This document shows positions 1 to 10,377 of a stretch of 64,000 nucleotides of DNA, piece by piece. The notes below the pieces were generated by a model. It was given only the letters and a program-made list of their open reading frames with translations. It searched no databases and was not told where the DNA came from. Origin of the DNA: Candidatus Bathyarchaeota archaeon (GTDB lineage: Archaea; Thermoproteota; Bathyarchaeia; 40CM-2-53-6); contig CAWJRR010000003.1 of the NCBI GenBank assembly GCA_963845275.1, positions 77,634-141,633 on the forward strand, in the 5' to 3' direction. Made by a program: the position numbers and the translations under genes. How positions within the stretch are numbered: the stretch's first letter is position 1; each line of letters opens with the position of its first letter.

Positions 1-637
1 CCGGGACTTTGTCCTCAATCTTGGCGCCTCCCAAGAGGTAAGTACTCGGCCGATTGGGTTCCCCCAGTAACCGGTCGAGGGCGGTTAATTCCTTCTCGAG
101 AAGGAGGCCGGCAGCCGAAGGCAGAACTTGTGGAAAACCCACCACTGAAGCTTGCGAACGGTGAGCAGACGCAAAAGCGTCATTCACATAGAGATCGAAG
201 AGCGGCGCCAGACGCGAGACTAGATTACTCTTGGCAAGTTTCTCCCCCTTGTCTTCAAGATTCTCCTCCGCACAGAATCGTACGTTATCGAGAACAAGCA
301 CTTCTCCCCGGTTTGTCTCATTGACAGCCATCTTAGCGGAGGGGCCCATCACGTCTTCGACAAACCTTACAGGTTGAGAACAGACTGTCTTCAGCAGATC
401 TGCATGTTGCTGAAGCGAGGTGAAGTCTCCTTTTCCCGGTCGACTCTGATGAGCCATAACTACGACCCTCGCGTCTCGTAGCGCCTCCAAACTTGGTTTT
501 GCAGCCAAAATTCGACTGTTGTCCAGTATGCGATTTGTCTTTGGATCCATTGGACAGTTAATGTCCAACCTCAGCAAGATCTTCTTGTCTCTAATCTCAA
601 AGTCGCTGAGCTTCAAGTAGTCAAATCCCATTTCCAT
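1..637 (-). CDS. pgk: Phosphoglycerate kinase, N-terminal part (runs off the window)
   Basis: Manual translation MEMGFDYLKLSDFEIRDKKILLRLDINCP...MAHQSRPG...LDNVRF...YVNDAFASAHRSQAS...LLGGAKIEDK carries the PGK motifs. Not in the ORF track because it is truncated. Confidence 0.95.
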   Translation of the reverse strand, partial: MEMGFDYLKLSDFEIRDKKILLRLDINCPMDPKTNRILDNSRILAAKPSLEALRDARVVVMAHQSRPGKGDFTSLQQHADLLKTVCSQPVRFVEDVMGPSAKMAVNETNRGEVLVLDNVRFCAEENLEDKGEKLAKSNLVSRLAPLFDLYVNDAFASAHRSQASVVGFPQVLPSAAGLLLEKELTALDRLLGEPNRPSTYLLGGAKIEDKVP

Positions 638-751
638 CAAATCCTGTGCGAGTGTTTGAATTACACAGTCGATTTAACGTCTCCTCAAAGAATCCTTCGA
701 ATACAGCAATAGAGAAGATTTTTACATGCAGAATAGATTTTCTGGACTTGT

Positions 752-891
752 GCCGGGGTGGCTCAGCTGGTAGAGCGCCAGCCAGGCTTAGGGCGAAACT
801 CATAATCTGGAGAGCATTGGGCCCAGAAGCCGCGAGTTCGATCCTCGAAAGATTACGAATCTATCGAGCGAAAACCTCGCTCCCGGCACCA
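752..891 (+). tRNA. tRNA-Met(CAT), elongator type, with three introns (782-797 at 30/31; 813-828 at 45/46; 843-874 at 59/60) and encoded CCA
   Basis: After intron removal: GCCGGGG/TCCCGGC acceptor, GCTC/GAGC D stem, CCAGA-CT-CAT-AA-TCTGG anticodon arm, AGGCC variable loop, GCGAG-TTCGATC-CTCGC T arm, A73-CCA. Each intron lies in a bulge-helix-bulge motif. Confidence 0.93.
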
Positions 892-897
892 ACCTCA

Positions 898-1452
898 CTA
901 TTTCGCAGCGCTTTTGTTTCCATTCGACGCGGAACCTAGAATCATCGTAATCACCCTCAATCCGACCGTCGTGAAGAGAATGAAATTGTTCACGAGTGCT
1001 ACAATCAGCGTGGGCAATCCAGAAATCATAGTTGCGACGACGGGGGTATTGAATAGCAGGGCGATCGACACATTCTGCAACGTCTCACTCATCAAAGTTA
1101 GTAGTATAGAAGAGAATGCCATTATTCGGAAATCAAGTTGTTTGATCAACCTTCGAGTAATTCCCGCGAAAACGCCGATCATCCCGATTATGACGGCGAT
1201 GACTGGCGTCCAAGCACCCGGTATCGTGGCAATATCAGATATGACAATTATCGAAACCCCGGTAACAAACCCCTCGGCTGGACCAAGAGTGAAGCCACTG
1301 ATGAACGTAAGGGTCTCAGTCAAACCCACTGCTATGAACAAGCCATAAAGCGGCTGTGGAATAAACATCGTAATGCTCCCAATGCCGATCCTAGCTACGG
1401 CTCCGACCGCTATCAGAACCGCGGTTAGCGCGATCCGTCTGGAGCAGGTCAT
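898..1452 (-). CDS. ECF transporter S component (substrate probably cobamide-related)
   Basis: 184 aa with about 6 TM helices and an RIALTAVLIA N-terminus typical of S components; divergent from the cob genes. Confidence 0.75.
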   Translation of the reverse strand: MTCSRRIALTAVLIAVGAVARIGIGSITMFIPQPLYGLFIAVGLTETLTFISGFTLGPAEGFVTGVSIIVISDIATIPGAWTPVIAVIIGMIGVFAGITRRLIKQLDFRIMAFSSILLTLMSETLQNVSIALLFNTPVVATMISGLPTLIVALVNNFILFTTVGLRVITMILGSASNGNKSAAK

Positions 1453-1539
1453 CTTGATCAGGCTGGATTATCCAACCAACTTCTTTATTCCTGCATCTTT
1501 AAAGCCACTGGTGAACTCTCTGCCGCTGATGATCAGTAA

Positions 1540-2004
1540 ATGTCGCTTCTGAATTACCTCGAAGCGAAGGGGATTACGCTCAACGACCTCATAGCGACAG
1601 CTCTCGAGCTTTTCGTTCCGCATCCGGGAGTTGAGACTAGGGAGAAGGCAACTCAAATCCTGACTGAGGAATTTCTTAACGCGTGCTCTGATGTTGACGT
1701 TTCAACCCTTGTGGTTGCTTGTCACTTGGCGGAGGATGAAGCTAGAGCGGGACGCATCCCTAACCTCTCGGCTGAAAGGTTTCAAGGGCGACCGGGCCTA
1801 ATCGCTGACGAACTCCTCGGAATTACCATCGCTAACTACATTGCTGGAGCTAGAGGAATCTTTGAATTTGTCAGGTTTGATCAGCTGAAGCCGGGTATCC
1901 TGAGTAAGCTTGGTCCAATCGTAAATGACGCTATAGGTGGACTTATCGCAGGGTGCTCATCAAACATGTACTCGTCAGCGACGCGACGTAACCAGATGGT
2001 TTGA
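1540..2004 (+). CDS. cobZ: Archaeal alpha-ribazole phosphatase (PgpA-like fold)
   Basis: LIADELLG...IAG..GIFEFVRFD..KPGILSKLGP..DAIGGLIAG motif; lies directly before cobS. Confidence 0.85.
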   Translation: MSLLNYLEAKGITLNDLIATALELFVPHPGVETREKATQILTEEFLNACSDVDVSTLVVACHLAEDEARAGRIPNLSAERFQGRPGLIADELLGITIANYIAGARGIFEFVRFDQLKPGILSKLGPIVNDAIGGLIAGCSSNMYSSATRRNQMV

Positions 2005-2762
2005 TTGCGGATTCTCAAAGCGATCCGTAACACCCTCGCTTTCTTAACGATTCTTCCGGTCGGCATGGATAGTGACGCGTTAACTCTAGCAGCCGAATAC
2101 ATGCCTATTTTTCCACTCATCGGGGGGTTCATTGGCTTCGTCGCTGGAGTCCTAAGCTGGATTTTGGACCTCGTTCTGCCTCCTTTGCTAGTTGGCACTA
2201 TTGGATTGGGCACCATTCTACTGATGAACGGAGCGCAACACGTTGATGGGTTACTTGACTTCGGCGACGGCATCATGTGTCATGGTTCAAGAGCCCGCAA
2301 GCTCAGTGTGATGCGTGACCCTCAGACTGGAGCCGGCGGTTTCACTTTAGGCTGGATTACACTTTCCGCAACAGCCTTCGCTATCGCAAGTCTGCATCGA
2401 GGTATCGTGATACAGGCTATAGTTGTTTCAGAGGCTGCTGGAGCCTTTTCAATGGTTTTCCAAGCTTGGGCGGGGCATCCAGCCCATAAAGGAATGAGCA
2501 GCGGCTTTGTGACCGCCATGCATTCCCGCTGGCGTAACCTGCGCATCATCTCGTCCGTTCTAATACTCATGCTGATGGCTCTCCCAACACTACTCACTCT
2601 AGGCTTGGCTGTAACCTGTGCAGCCGTATCGTTCCATCAATCATGCTACAGGTTTCAAACAGAGCGTTCGGCGGCATTACGGGTGACGTAATGGGCGCGA
2701 CGCATGAAATGACACGACTCGTGTCGCTTGTAATCATCTTGGCGGGGTTCGGTTGGGTATAA
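2005..2762 (+). CDS. cobS: Adenosylcobinamide-GDP ribazoletransferase, one frameshift near 2625
   Basis: FLTILP, HVDGLLDFGDG and MRDPQTGAGG motifs. The C-terminal FGGITGDVMGA motif continues in another frame to TAA at 2760-2762. Confidence 0.9.
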
Positions 2763-3378
2763 CAGCGCTGGTAATGGCCGGCGGAAAAGCAACCCGAATG
2801 GAGACATCCATAGAGAAACCTCTCCTCAGAGTGGGAGACAAACCAATGATTCACCACGTCATAGACGCGTTGAAGAAGGCAGAATCTGTTGACCGAATAA
2901 TCGTCGCAGTAACCCCCGCAACACGAGACACCGCATGAGACTGTACGCACACTAGGGGTGGACGTCATCGAAACATCCGGTGAAGGATACGAGCAAGATA
3001 TGCAACAGGCCATAAAGAATCTGGAATTGAAAGATGTCGTGGTCGTGGCAGCTGACCTACCATTCCTGACCCCTAAAATAGTCGATGATGCGGTCGGGAA
3101 TTATTTTTCGGGCGGCAAACCCGCTCTAATGGTGGCCGCGCCAGATTGAACTGTACGAGAAGTTCGGTCTAAAAGCCTCATACGCCTTCAATTACGAGGG
3201 CCAAGAGCTAGCGCCGTCGGACTTGAACGTGGTCGACGGAACACGAATTGATGAGGGAAGACTGGATGAAACAGTTTTCGTGGTTAAGGACCGTGACTTG
3301 ATCTTTAACGTGAACACTCAAGTAGACCTCAAGTTGGCAAGGAACCATCGAGGAAGAGGACCGCAAGATGAAACCTAA
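2753..3378 (+). CDS. cobY: GTP:adenosylcobinamide-phosphate guanylyltransferase, two frameshifts (~2936, ~3144)
   Basis: ALVMAGGKATRM..EKPLL, then ETSGEGYEQDM and AADLPF, then IFNVNT..DL, in three successive frames. Confidence 0.85.
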
Positions 3379-3549
3379 AGGAAGCTCAAGAACGCCACGT
3401 TCTTATCAGCTCACTAGAATCGCCGCATCAAACTGGTTTTGCTCAAACGCTCATGTCCCTAATGCGGGTCCTAATAATTCCTGTGCGGGTTTGAAGCAGG
3501 ACTCGATGCCCAGCGCCATTACAATCAGAATAGAGTGAGACTCAGAAGT

Positions 3550-4590
3550 ATGCTTGACTTCATTCTACCGATCCGTCCGGCGGCGAACGCTAAACTTGAA
3601 GGTGAGATTCGTGCACATCTTGACGACCTCACCAAACCCCCGGGAAGTCTAGGGCGACTTGAGGAGTTCGCGCTGCAGTACTGTCTGTGCCGCCAGAACA
3701 GGAGGGCGGAAATTCACGTCATGAAACTTTTCACCTTTGCGGGGGATCACGGTATCACCAGGGAGGGAATCAATCCATATCCCGCTGAAGTGACACGGCA
3801 GATGGTGTTGAACATGGCTGCCGGCGGAGCGGCAGTAAGCGTCATGTGCAAGACAGCGGGCATAGAATATGCCGTTGTCGACGTTGGAGTGAACAGCGAT
3901 TTTGATCCATTACCAGGACTCATTATCAGAAAGGTTCGCGAAGGGACGAGAAATTTCCTTACCATGCCAGCTATGACAGCTGCCGATTGTGAATCGGCGA
4001 TTAGGATTGGCTATGAACTGGCCGTCTCATCTGGCGCGGATTTGCTTGGTGCAGGCGAAATGGGCATTGGCAACTCATCTTCTGCATCCGCGCTGTACAG
4101 TCTTCTGCTGGGCGCCGACCCAACGCAAACGGTCGGACCCGGCACAGGTTCGCACGGCGCTTTACTGGATAAGAAAAGAACAGTAGTTCGAACGGCGGTC
4201 GCGTTCCATCAGAAGGAATGGGATGGGTCGCCGTTTGATGCGCTCCGACGCGTGGGAGGATTCGAGCTAGCAGCAATCTGCGGATTGGCGCTCGGAGGCG
4301 CTGCCGCAGGAATTCCGGTGGTCATCGATGGGTTTATCGCTTCGGCCGGAGCATTGGCCGCACTCCTTATTGTTCCAAACGTCCGAGATTATCTTTTCTT
4401 TTCTCATATTTCCGCCGAGCCATTCCATCGTGAATTCTATACGAAGCAGTCGATACGACCAGTGCTTGACCTTGACATGCGGCTTGGTGAAGGCACGGGC
4501 GCCGTCCTTGCCATGCAGATTATCCAACAGTCGATGATGTGTTATGCCAACATGGCGACGTTCCATTCCGCCGGCATAAGCAAGGGTTAG
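3550..4590 (+). CDS. cobT: Nicotinate-nucleotide-dimethylbenzimidazole phosphoribosyltransferase, bacterial type
   Basis: LTKPPGSLGRLE, FAGDHG, GEMGIGNSS, VIDGFI and MRLGEGTGA motifs. ATG 3550 preferred over GTG 3535. Confidence 0.95.
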   Translation: MLDFILPIRPAANAKLEGEIRAHLDDLTKPPGSLGRLEEFALQYCLCRQNRRAEIHVMKLFTFAGDHGITREGINPYPAEVTRQMVLNMAAGGAAVSVMCKTAGIEYAVVDVGVNSDFDPLPGLIIRKVREGTRNFLTMPAMTAADCESAIRIGYELAVSSGADLLGAGEMGIGNSSSASALYSLLLGADPTQTVGPGTGSHGALLDKKRTVVRTAVAFHQKEWDGSPFDALRRVGGFELAAICGLALGGAAAGIPVVIDGFIASAGALAALLIVPNVRDYLFFSHISAEPFHREFYTKQSIRPVLDLDMRLGEGTGAVLAMQIIQQSMMCYANMATFHSAGISKG

Positions 4591-4759
4591 AAGAACTTGC
4601 GGATTTCAGTCAGGATTGATGCGTCGTTCCCCTGCGCTCTCAAATATACATTCTTAGAACCGTCAAAATGGTCCGAGTTGAATGAAACCATCGATAAACC
4701 TTTGAGCTTTATCGGCAAAGTACGCTGATGAGTGGATAATCATCAAGGGAGAAGTAGCG

Positions 4760-5392
4760 TTGAAGAAAGAAGGACTGTTGACGAGGCTCCAGGCCTTAGC
4801 TCAACTGTCTAGCGCTGGGCCTTCTCCAGCATTTGCGTACCCTCAAGTTGCCTGCGCACTCCTCCGCATAGGAGACGATACTGCCGTAGGGCGAACGCAA
4901 TTATCCAAAACGCTTGGTCTAGGCGAAGGAACAACAAGAACGATAATTAGACATCTCACACTCGCGAAGCTAGTTGAATCGAGCAAACAAGGTTGCACAT
5001 TGACTCCGAAGGGACTGGTTCTTTACAAACGTCTGAGGTCAAGACTCTCGAAAACAGCAGTTGTAAACGCCAGACAACTCTCTCTGGACAGTGCTAGCAC
5101 TGCCGTGCTAGTCAAGAAATCAGCTCACAAGGTGAAGCAAGGGATAGAACAACGGGACGCGGCTGTCCGGTCAGGGGCAACTGGTGCGTGTACTATATTG
5201 ATGAAGCATGGCAGACTCGTTATGCCCCAAGTGTCTGATGATTGGAAGCTGGATTTGGATGATCCACTGGCAGAGGAGTTGATGAAAGTATTTCAGCCGC
5301 AGCATGAGGACGTGATTATCATTGCAAGCGCTAGTGACAAGTCCGTCGCTGACTACGCCGCAATAGCAGCCGGACTGATGCTACTGGACTGA
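4760..5392 (+). CDS. Winged-HTH protein (DUF4443-like archaeal family)
   Basis: GRTQLSKTLGLGEGTTRT HTH plus GIEQRDAAVRSGATGA motif. Confidence 0.7.
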   Translation: MKKEGLLTRLQALAQLSSAGPSPAFAYPQVACALLRIGDDTAVGRTQLSKTLGLGEGTTRTIIRHLTLAKLVESSKQGCTLTPKGLVLYKRLRSRLSKTAVVNARQLSLDSASTAVLVKKSAHKVKQGIEQRDAAVRSGATGACTILMKHGRLVMPQVSDDWKLDLDDPLAEELMKVFQPQHEDVIIIASASDKSVADYAAIAAGLMLLD

Positions 5393-5402
5393 CGACAGCT
5401 GC

Positions 5403-6101
5403 TTACCGTGGATTCATTATCCTAACTTTGCCGTTTCTCTGACCTACGAATACTCTGTCCACCATGCGTACGAATAGTCCCGTCTCCAGTACTCCTGGAA
5501 TCGCCTTCAAGCCCCGCTCCAGTTTAGAGGGGCTCTCGACACGCCCGAAATCAACGTCCACCAAGAAATTACCGTTATCAGTAATTACGGGGCCCATTTT
5601 CCCACTACTCTCCCTCACCTTCGCTTTGCCCCCCATCTTTGCAACCTCGGATCGAACGTACCTGTAGGCGAATGGCAGGATTTCAAGCGGGATAAGCTGC
5701 TTACCCCCCAAATAGTCGACCACCTTCAGCTGATCGACTACGACCACAAAGCTCCTCGCGGAGGAATCCACGATTTTCTCTCGCAGAAGAGCCCCCCCTC
5801 CACCCTTTACTAAATCCAGACTACCATCCCGGACTTGATCCGCCCCATCAATAGCATAATCGACACGAGCAACCTCGTTTAGACTCGTAATTCTCAAGCC
5901 ATGCGAGGCCGCAAGGTATTCCATTTGGTACGACGTGGGAACTACCGAGAACTCCATCTTCCGGTCTCTTTGCAGCCTCGCAAGTTCTCTCACCGCATAC
6001 GCCATCGTCGAACCGCTTCCAAGCCCTATTACCCATCCGTTCTTCACGGGTTCTATGGCTTTGAGGACAGCGTTTCTCTTTGCGTCCTCGATCCAGGACA
6101 A
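5403..6101 (-). CDS. rpiA: Ribose-5-phosphate isomerase A
   Basis: GLGSGST, IDGADQV, KGGGGALLREKIV and TDNGN motifs. Confidence 0.97.
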   Translation of the reverse strand: MSWIEDAKRNAVLKAIEPVKNGWVIGLGSGSTMAYAVRELARLQRDRKMEFSVVPTSYQMEYLAASHGLRITSLNEVARVDYAIDGADQVRDGSLDLVKGGGGALLREKIVDSSARSFVVVVDQLKVVDYLGGKQLIPLEILPFAYRYVRSEVAKMGGKAKVRESSGKMGPVITDNGNFLVDVDFGRVESPSKLERGLKAIPGVLETGLFVRMVDRVFVGQRNGKVRIMNPR

Positions 6102-6103
6102 CT

Positions 6104-6601
6104 CTACCCTTCCGATTCTATCTGCTCGAGTCGATCCATTGCTTTGAGAATCTCGTCGCGGATTTGTTCAACGCGTTTCTCAGCATCCGTAGCTTGCTCC
6201 TGTCCCTGCCCTGCCGATACCACGCTCGAACTAGGCTGCTCAATCTTAAAGAGGTCAGACTTCCCGCTTCTCAGGCGAGTTATCTTCTCGTCCATCTCAG
6301 CTAATTTCGTGTTGAAATCTCTGATAAGCTCTTCTCGGGATTTCCCTAATTCATACAGATCGACCGTGCGTTGGTGCTCCTCTATGGAACTGTTCAATCT
6401 TTGAAGGTCTACTTTGTATTTGTCTACGAGTCGGTCTCGTTCAGTTTGGCTAATTATCCCCTTTGTTTCAGATTCGAATATTGTCGTGAGAGCTGATCCG
6501 ATTATTCGGCGTTCAAGAAGAAGAACCTTCAGCGCACCCTTGGCCTTGTTAACATCATCCTCTGAGGCTGAACGAGCCTCCACCCCAATAGGCTTTGGCA
6601 A
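6104..6601 (-). CDS. Hypothetical coiled-coil protein (start may lie further upstream)
   Basis: Charged heptad-rich ORF ending 2 bp before rpiA. Confidence 0.65.
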   Translation of the reverse strand: MPKPIGVEARSASEDDVNKAKGALKVLLLERRIIGSALTTIFESETKGIISQTERDRLVDKYKVDLQRLNSSIEEHQRTVDLYELGKSREELIRDFNTKLAEMDEKITRLRSGKSDLFKIEQPSSSVVSAGQGQEQATDAEKRVEQIRDEILKAMDRLEQIESEG

Positions 6602-7089
6602 TGGGGGTAGCGGAATAATCCGTTCAGGTTCAGCGGTCCCAAACTCCCTCTTCTTCCAGAATGCTAGAGTTGCGAGGTTGATGAAGATCAGCCCCCTGAA
6701 CGGAATCGATTATCTGCAATTGAATGTATTAATAGCTTCGAGCCGTGAAACCTTAGCATTAGCGGACGACTTTTGACATATTCATACAAATACCGCTCAG
6801 ATGAATGTTAAACATCATGCTCACTATTGCATAAAACGCGAAGTGTTTTACGCTGAATTCGACAACTAAGTGATCTGCGGTCAATTTTACATCTAGAAGG
6901 CTCCTTTGACACTCTGGCTACCCGTGCAACAGTATAGGAATTCCTGCTCAACCCGAGCTAAATTGCCTCCCACTTGCAATCTCTTGAACTAGTGAGCCAT
7001 TTGGCAGGCGAAGAGCTCCCATTCGAAGCGATCGAATCAGCCACAGTAAAATATCCCAGCAACAATGGGAGGTCAAGAGAGAACTACTA

Positions 7090-7755
7090 TTGAATCGAAG
7101 TATGATTGCAATAGTGCTCCTTCTAATCATCGTGGCCATCGAGTCGACAGCCTTGGCATTTCGAATGTCCACACCACAACCAACCGTCAACTTCGTTTTA
7201 GGAAACGAAACGGTATTTCGCGTTCCGTTTGATCAGTTCAATCAGCCAATCTCAAACGACACAGAGTACTCGTTGGATTCCGCTATCAATGGTTCTTGGA
7301 AGATATCTATTCAAAGCGACTTGATTTCTTCGGGAGATCCACAGGAATCCGAAGCGCAAGTCGCGATTGCTCCAGCTTACCTGTTGGAGAACCTGTCAAT
7401 TCCGACAATCATCGTTCAGATGCGCGGTGACGGTCTTCTTAGAATCGAGTATTTCGCACAGAATTGGGAAAACTCTTACGGGTTCGTGTTGTACAATTCA
7501 ACCTCGCCTAGCTGGATTGGTAAACAGAATATTACCTTAAGATTTGTCAGCTTTGCACCACCCGTTCCTGTTAATCCGCAGATCGCACCGAGACCAAACG
7601 GCAATCTGACTATTGCAATTGGCAATAGGATCGTCCTATCAGATTACATGATCTCATGGGCTAACCTAGCCTCCTTCTACGTGTACGGTCTCAAAGGTTC
7701 AACGTTCACGGCCGGGACGGTAACACTCTCGACGGCTGAGCTAGAGCCAGGATGA
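7090..7755 (+). CDS. Secreted or membrane-anchored hypothetical protein
   Basis: N-terminal hydrophobic signal, N-glycosylation sequons, ATGA overlap with the next gene. Confidence 0.7.
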   Translation: MNRSMIAIVLLLIIVAIESTALAFRMSTPQPTVNFVLGNETVFRVPFDQFNQPISNDTEYSLDSAINGSWKISIQSDLISSGDPQESEAQVAIAPAYLLENLSIPTIIVQMRGDGLLRIEYFAQNWENSYGFVLYNSTSPSWIGKQNITLRFVSFAPPVPVNPQIAPRPNGNLTIAIGNRIVLSDYMISWANLASFYVYGLKGSTFTAGTVTLSTAELEPG

Positions 7756-8777
7756 GATTCTGGATGCTCCAGTATGTGTTAATCCTCTTGCTAGCAATCT
7801 CTTCGCCAAATGCGAAGGTGGCAGTTTCGCGAGGCATCATTTTGAACCCCCCGCAGGGCTACTATGTGTACAACTTGTACCCGACTCTAAACTCTACTGA
7901 GAATGGTCCAGTCTATGATCCGAATTTCATCCCCGGATTTAGCAAGGGATTAACAAACATCTCTGTCAGCTGGTCTACGGGACCTGGTTTCGCGCATATG
8001 GGATATTGGGTTGGACCATGGACGGAATTGCAAGTTGGGATGCCTCACCTTGCAGTTGGCCCCCAGTGCTGTAACTTCCAAGAGATTCCGAGAACACAAC
8101 AGTACAGGCGTCTGGAGTGGGGCGACTACTATTACGTCAAAGCAGGGTTCGTTTCGCCTGGAGTGAACTTGCCGAACTACACGACGAACTTCGCGGCGCC
8201 CGCTTATGTTGGGCTCCGAACCGATTGGAACTGGACAGTTAGCGTATCATTGGACTGGAGAAGCCCCCGCATGTTGAACGTCAATAATGAATGGTTCGCT
8301 GTTGGCATTGCGGTAACACAATACGTGCCCAGCGTCCCGGAAAAGTTAGTGTACACAGTCCTGAACTTCTGGATGGACGCCAACAGCTCCAAGGTGCTCT
8401 CCGCAAGCAGCTCTGGAGATGAAGGTTACCTCGTAACTGGCCCAAGAATAGTTGTTTATCATTCTCTTCAGCTGACAGAGGATGGAAATCAAACAGTCAC
8501 GGTCAATTTATCCCCATACCTCGATGATACACTCCACATTCTCAACTTTACGTCATCGCAATCGGACCCACCCGTCATCTCATACGTTTATTTGAATGTG
8601 GAAGGTTACAATGTTCAGTGGAACTCTACACTCTACTCGTTCTTCGTTTTGTCCGATCATAGTCCCATCGAAAACGCAAGTGCCCGCTACCTTCCTCTAC
8701 TATACCTTGGTATTCCGATTCTCGTTGCCGGATTAGTCTATGTAGCCTACATGAAGATGAAAAAGAGAAGACTCTAA
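7752..8777 (+). CDS. Surface glycoprotein with signal peptide and C-terminal TM anchor
   Basis: Signal peptide, many NxS/T sequons, C-terminal TM followed by KKRR. Confidence 0.7.
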   Translation: MRFWMLQYVLILLLAISSPNAKVAVSRGIILNPPQGYYVYNLYPTLNSTENGPVYDPNFIPGFSKGLTNISVSWSTGPGFAHMGYWVGPWTELQVGMPHLAVGPQCCNFQEIPRTQQYRRLEWGDYYYVKAGFVSPGVNLPNYTTNFAAPAYVGLRTDWNWTVSVSLDWRSPRMLNVNNEWFAVGIAVTQYVPSVPEKLVYTVLNFWMDANSSKVLSASSSGDEGYLVTGPRIVVYHSLQLTEDGNQTVTVNLSPYLDDTLHILNFTSSQSDPPVISYVYLNVEGYNVQWNSTLYSFFVLSDHSPIENASARYLPLLYLGIPILVAGLVYVAYMKMKKRRL

Positions 8778-8787
8778 CTCAACCGAT

Positions 8788-10173
8788 TCAACTGTTTCTC
8801 GTACGATCTTCCGCTCTCCTCCGCATCCAGAGAAGGAGCACGCCCGCAGAGATCATCGCGGGCAGTATCAACGAAACCGGTAAGCCCCAAAAGGTTGCTG
8901 GCGCGACGCTAGTCGACGAGGGTGTAGTCTGATTTGAAGGTGCTTGTAAAGGGATTGGGTAGACCGTTGCTGAGAAAGGACCGGTATCGCTCAGAAACAC
9001 TGGTAATCTAGGCGCCCCTGTAAAATTGAAAAACTCGAGTAGGTTATTGGAGTTCATAACGTAGTGGTTGAGTACAGGCAGGTTCCAGTTGTATTCTATG
9101 AAGCGCACAATTGACATGTGATTCAGGACTGTCTCCGAGACGTAGTTCTCTTTAGCGTAAGCGGAGATCACGAGCAACGGTACTCGTTGACCGTACCCGG
9201 ATAACGGATGATTAAACCCATGATCAATCTTAAGGAGTTGGGGTGGAGCGACGTGATCATAGTATCCACCTCCCTCATCCCAGGTGATGAGAATAGCTGA
9301 TGAATTCCAATAGGTGCTCGACATCACCGCATTCACGACTGAAACAGTCCACAGCTCTCCTCTCGTCACGTTTTGAGGAGGGTGCTCATTGAGAGTGTCT
9401 GACCCCAATGCGTTTACGAAGCTTACAGCGGGCAGACCAGTCCCCGCCTTAAGGTACGCGAAAAGTCTGGAGACATCCTCAACGTGATCTTCGACGGTCC
9501 CGTTGATCAGGTAGTTCAGCGGATAGACATCCCTCGTCAGGCCGAACGTATTGACGAAATCGAAATATCCCCACGACAGACCATGCGCATCAAGCTCGCC
9601 AAGAATAGTTTGATTGTAGTTTAGGTACGGAGGAGGCCCATAATTGTTCGCCACTGGGGAATCGCCCGCTAGGAGGAGCAGTCGATTCGGAGTGGTTGTG
9701 CTCAAGGCAGATGCGAAATACCGGTCAGCTAATCCATACTCTTCCGCATAGTCCCAATAGGCTGCAATCTGATGATAGTCAAAATACGCCATTGATTGCG
9801 GACCGGAGAATGTAACGAACCCACTCATCTTGCCCGCCGCGTAATCCTGCTCGTAAGTAATCTGACCTTCCACAGGGTTGATCGGATTGCTCACGCTGGA
9901 AAGATATGGTGAGTAACACTTCGTCCCGTTCCACACGCAGATATTTCCCGGCAGTCCATCGACAGGATGTAATCGTGCAGTAATCGTGTTCACTAGAGAG
10001 CCATTGGCTGAAGGGTAGGTTCCGAAGTAGTTGTCGAAACTATGATTCTCCTGCACTATAACGATGATGTGCCTGATAGGGGTGGCCTCATTGCCAAATG
10101 TTCCGCTAGCGCATGGAACGGTGAGAGCCGAAAACAGCAAAACTGAGACGAGTACAAACCTGAATGAAACCAA
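8788..10173 (-). CDS. Secreted phospholipase C / phosphoesterase family protein with C-terminal TM anchor
   Basis: IRHIIVIVQENHSFDNYFG, TTPNRL, EHPP, TWDEGGGYYDHV and GQRVP motifs. Confidence 0.92.
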   Translation of the reverse strand: MVSFRFVLVSVLLFSALTVPCASGTFGNEATPIRHIIVIVQENHSFDNYFGTYPSANGSLVNTITARLHPVDGLPGNICVWNGTKCYSPYLSSVSNPINPVEGQITYEQDYAAGKMSGFVTFSGPQSMAYFDYHQIAAYWDYAEEYGLADRYFASALSTTTPNRLLLLAGDSPVANNYGPPPYLNYNQTILGELDAHGLSWGYFDFVNTFGLTRDVYPLNYLINGTVEDHVEDVSRLFAYLKAGTGLPAVSFVNALGSDTLNEHPPQNVTRGELWTVSVVNAVMSSTYWNSSAILITWDEGGGYYDHVAPPQLLKIDHGFNHPLSGYGQRVPLLVISAYAKENYVSETVLNHMSIVRFIEYNWNLPVLNHYVMNSNNLLEFFNFTGAPRLPVFLSDTGPFSATVYPIPLQAPSNQTTPSSTSVAPATFWGLPVSLILPAMISAGVLLLWMRRRAEDRTRNS

Positions 10174-10377
10174 TCTTCGTCGACACCTTCCTCTCTCACT
10201 AATCCAGGGGCTTGTTCTGTAGAGAACTCGAACTCTGACAACGAATACTCTACGATAATTGACTACCTCTAGTCACTTAAATCCATAAATCGGATCGTAA
10301 GATAGTATTAGTCAGCTCGACTGGTTCAAGGTAATATGCTTAACTCGTCGATCCGAGTAGTCAATCGTGATTAAGAC

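Noticed and set aside
752..891. Identity as tRNA-Ile2 or initiator Met
   Set aside because: The acceptor GCCGGGG with G1-C72 fits elongator Met; it lacks A1-U72 and the three G-C anticodon pairs of the initiator, and the GGGCCC acceptor of Ile.
2600..3160. Possible BHB introns or programmed frameshifts in cobS/cobY
   Set aside because: The breaks are single-base indels with no extra sequence, BHB motif or slippery site.
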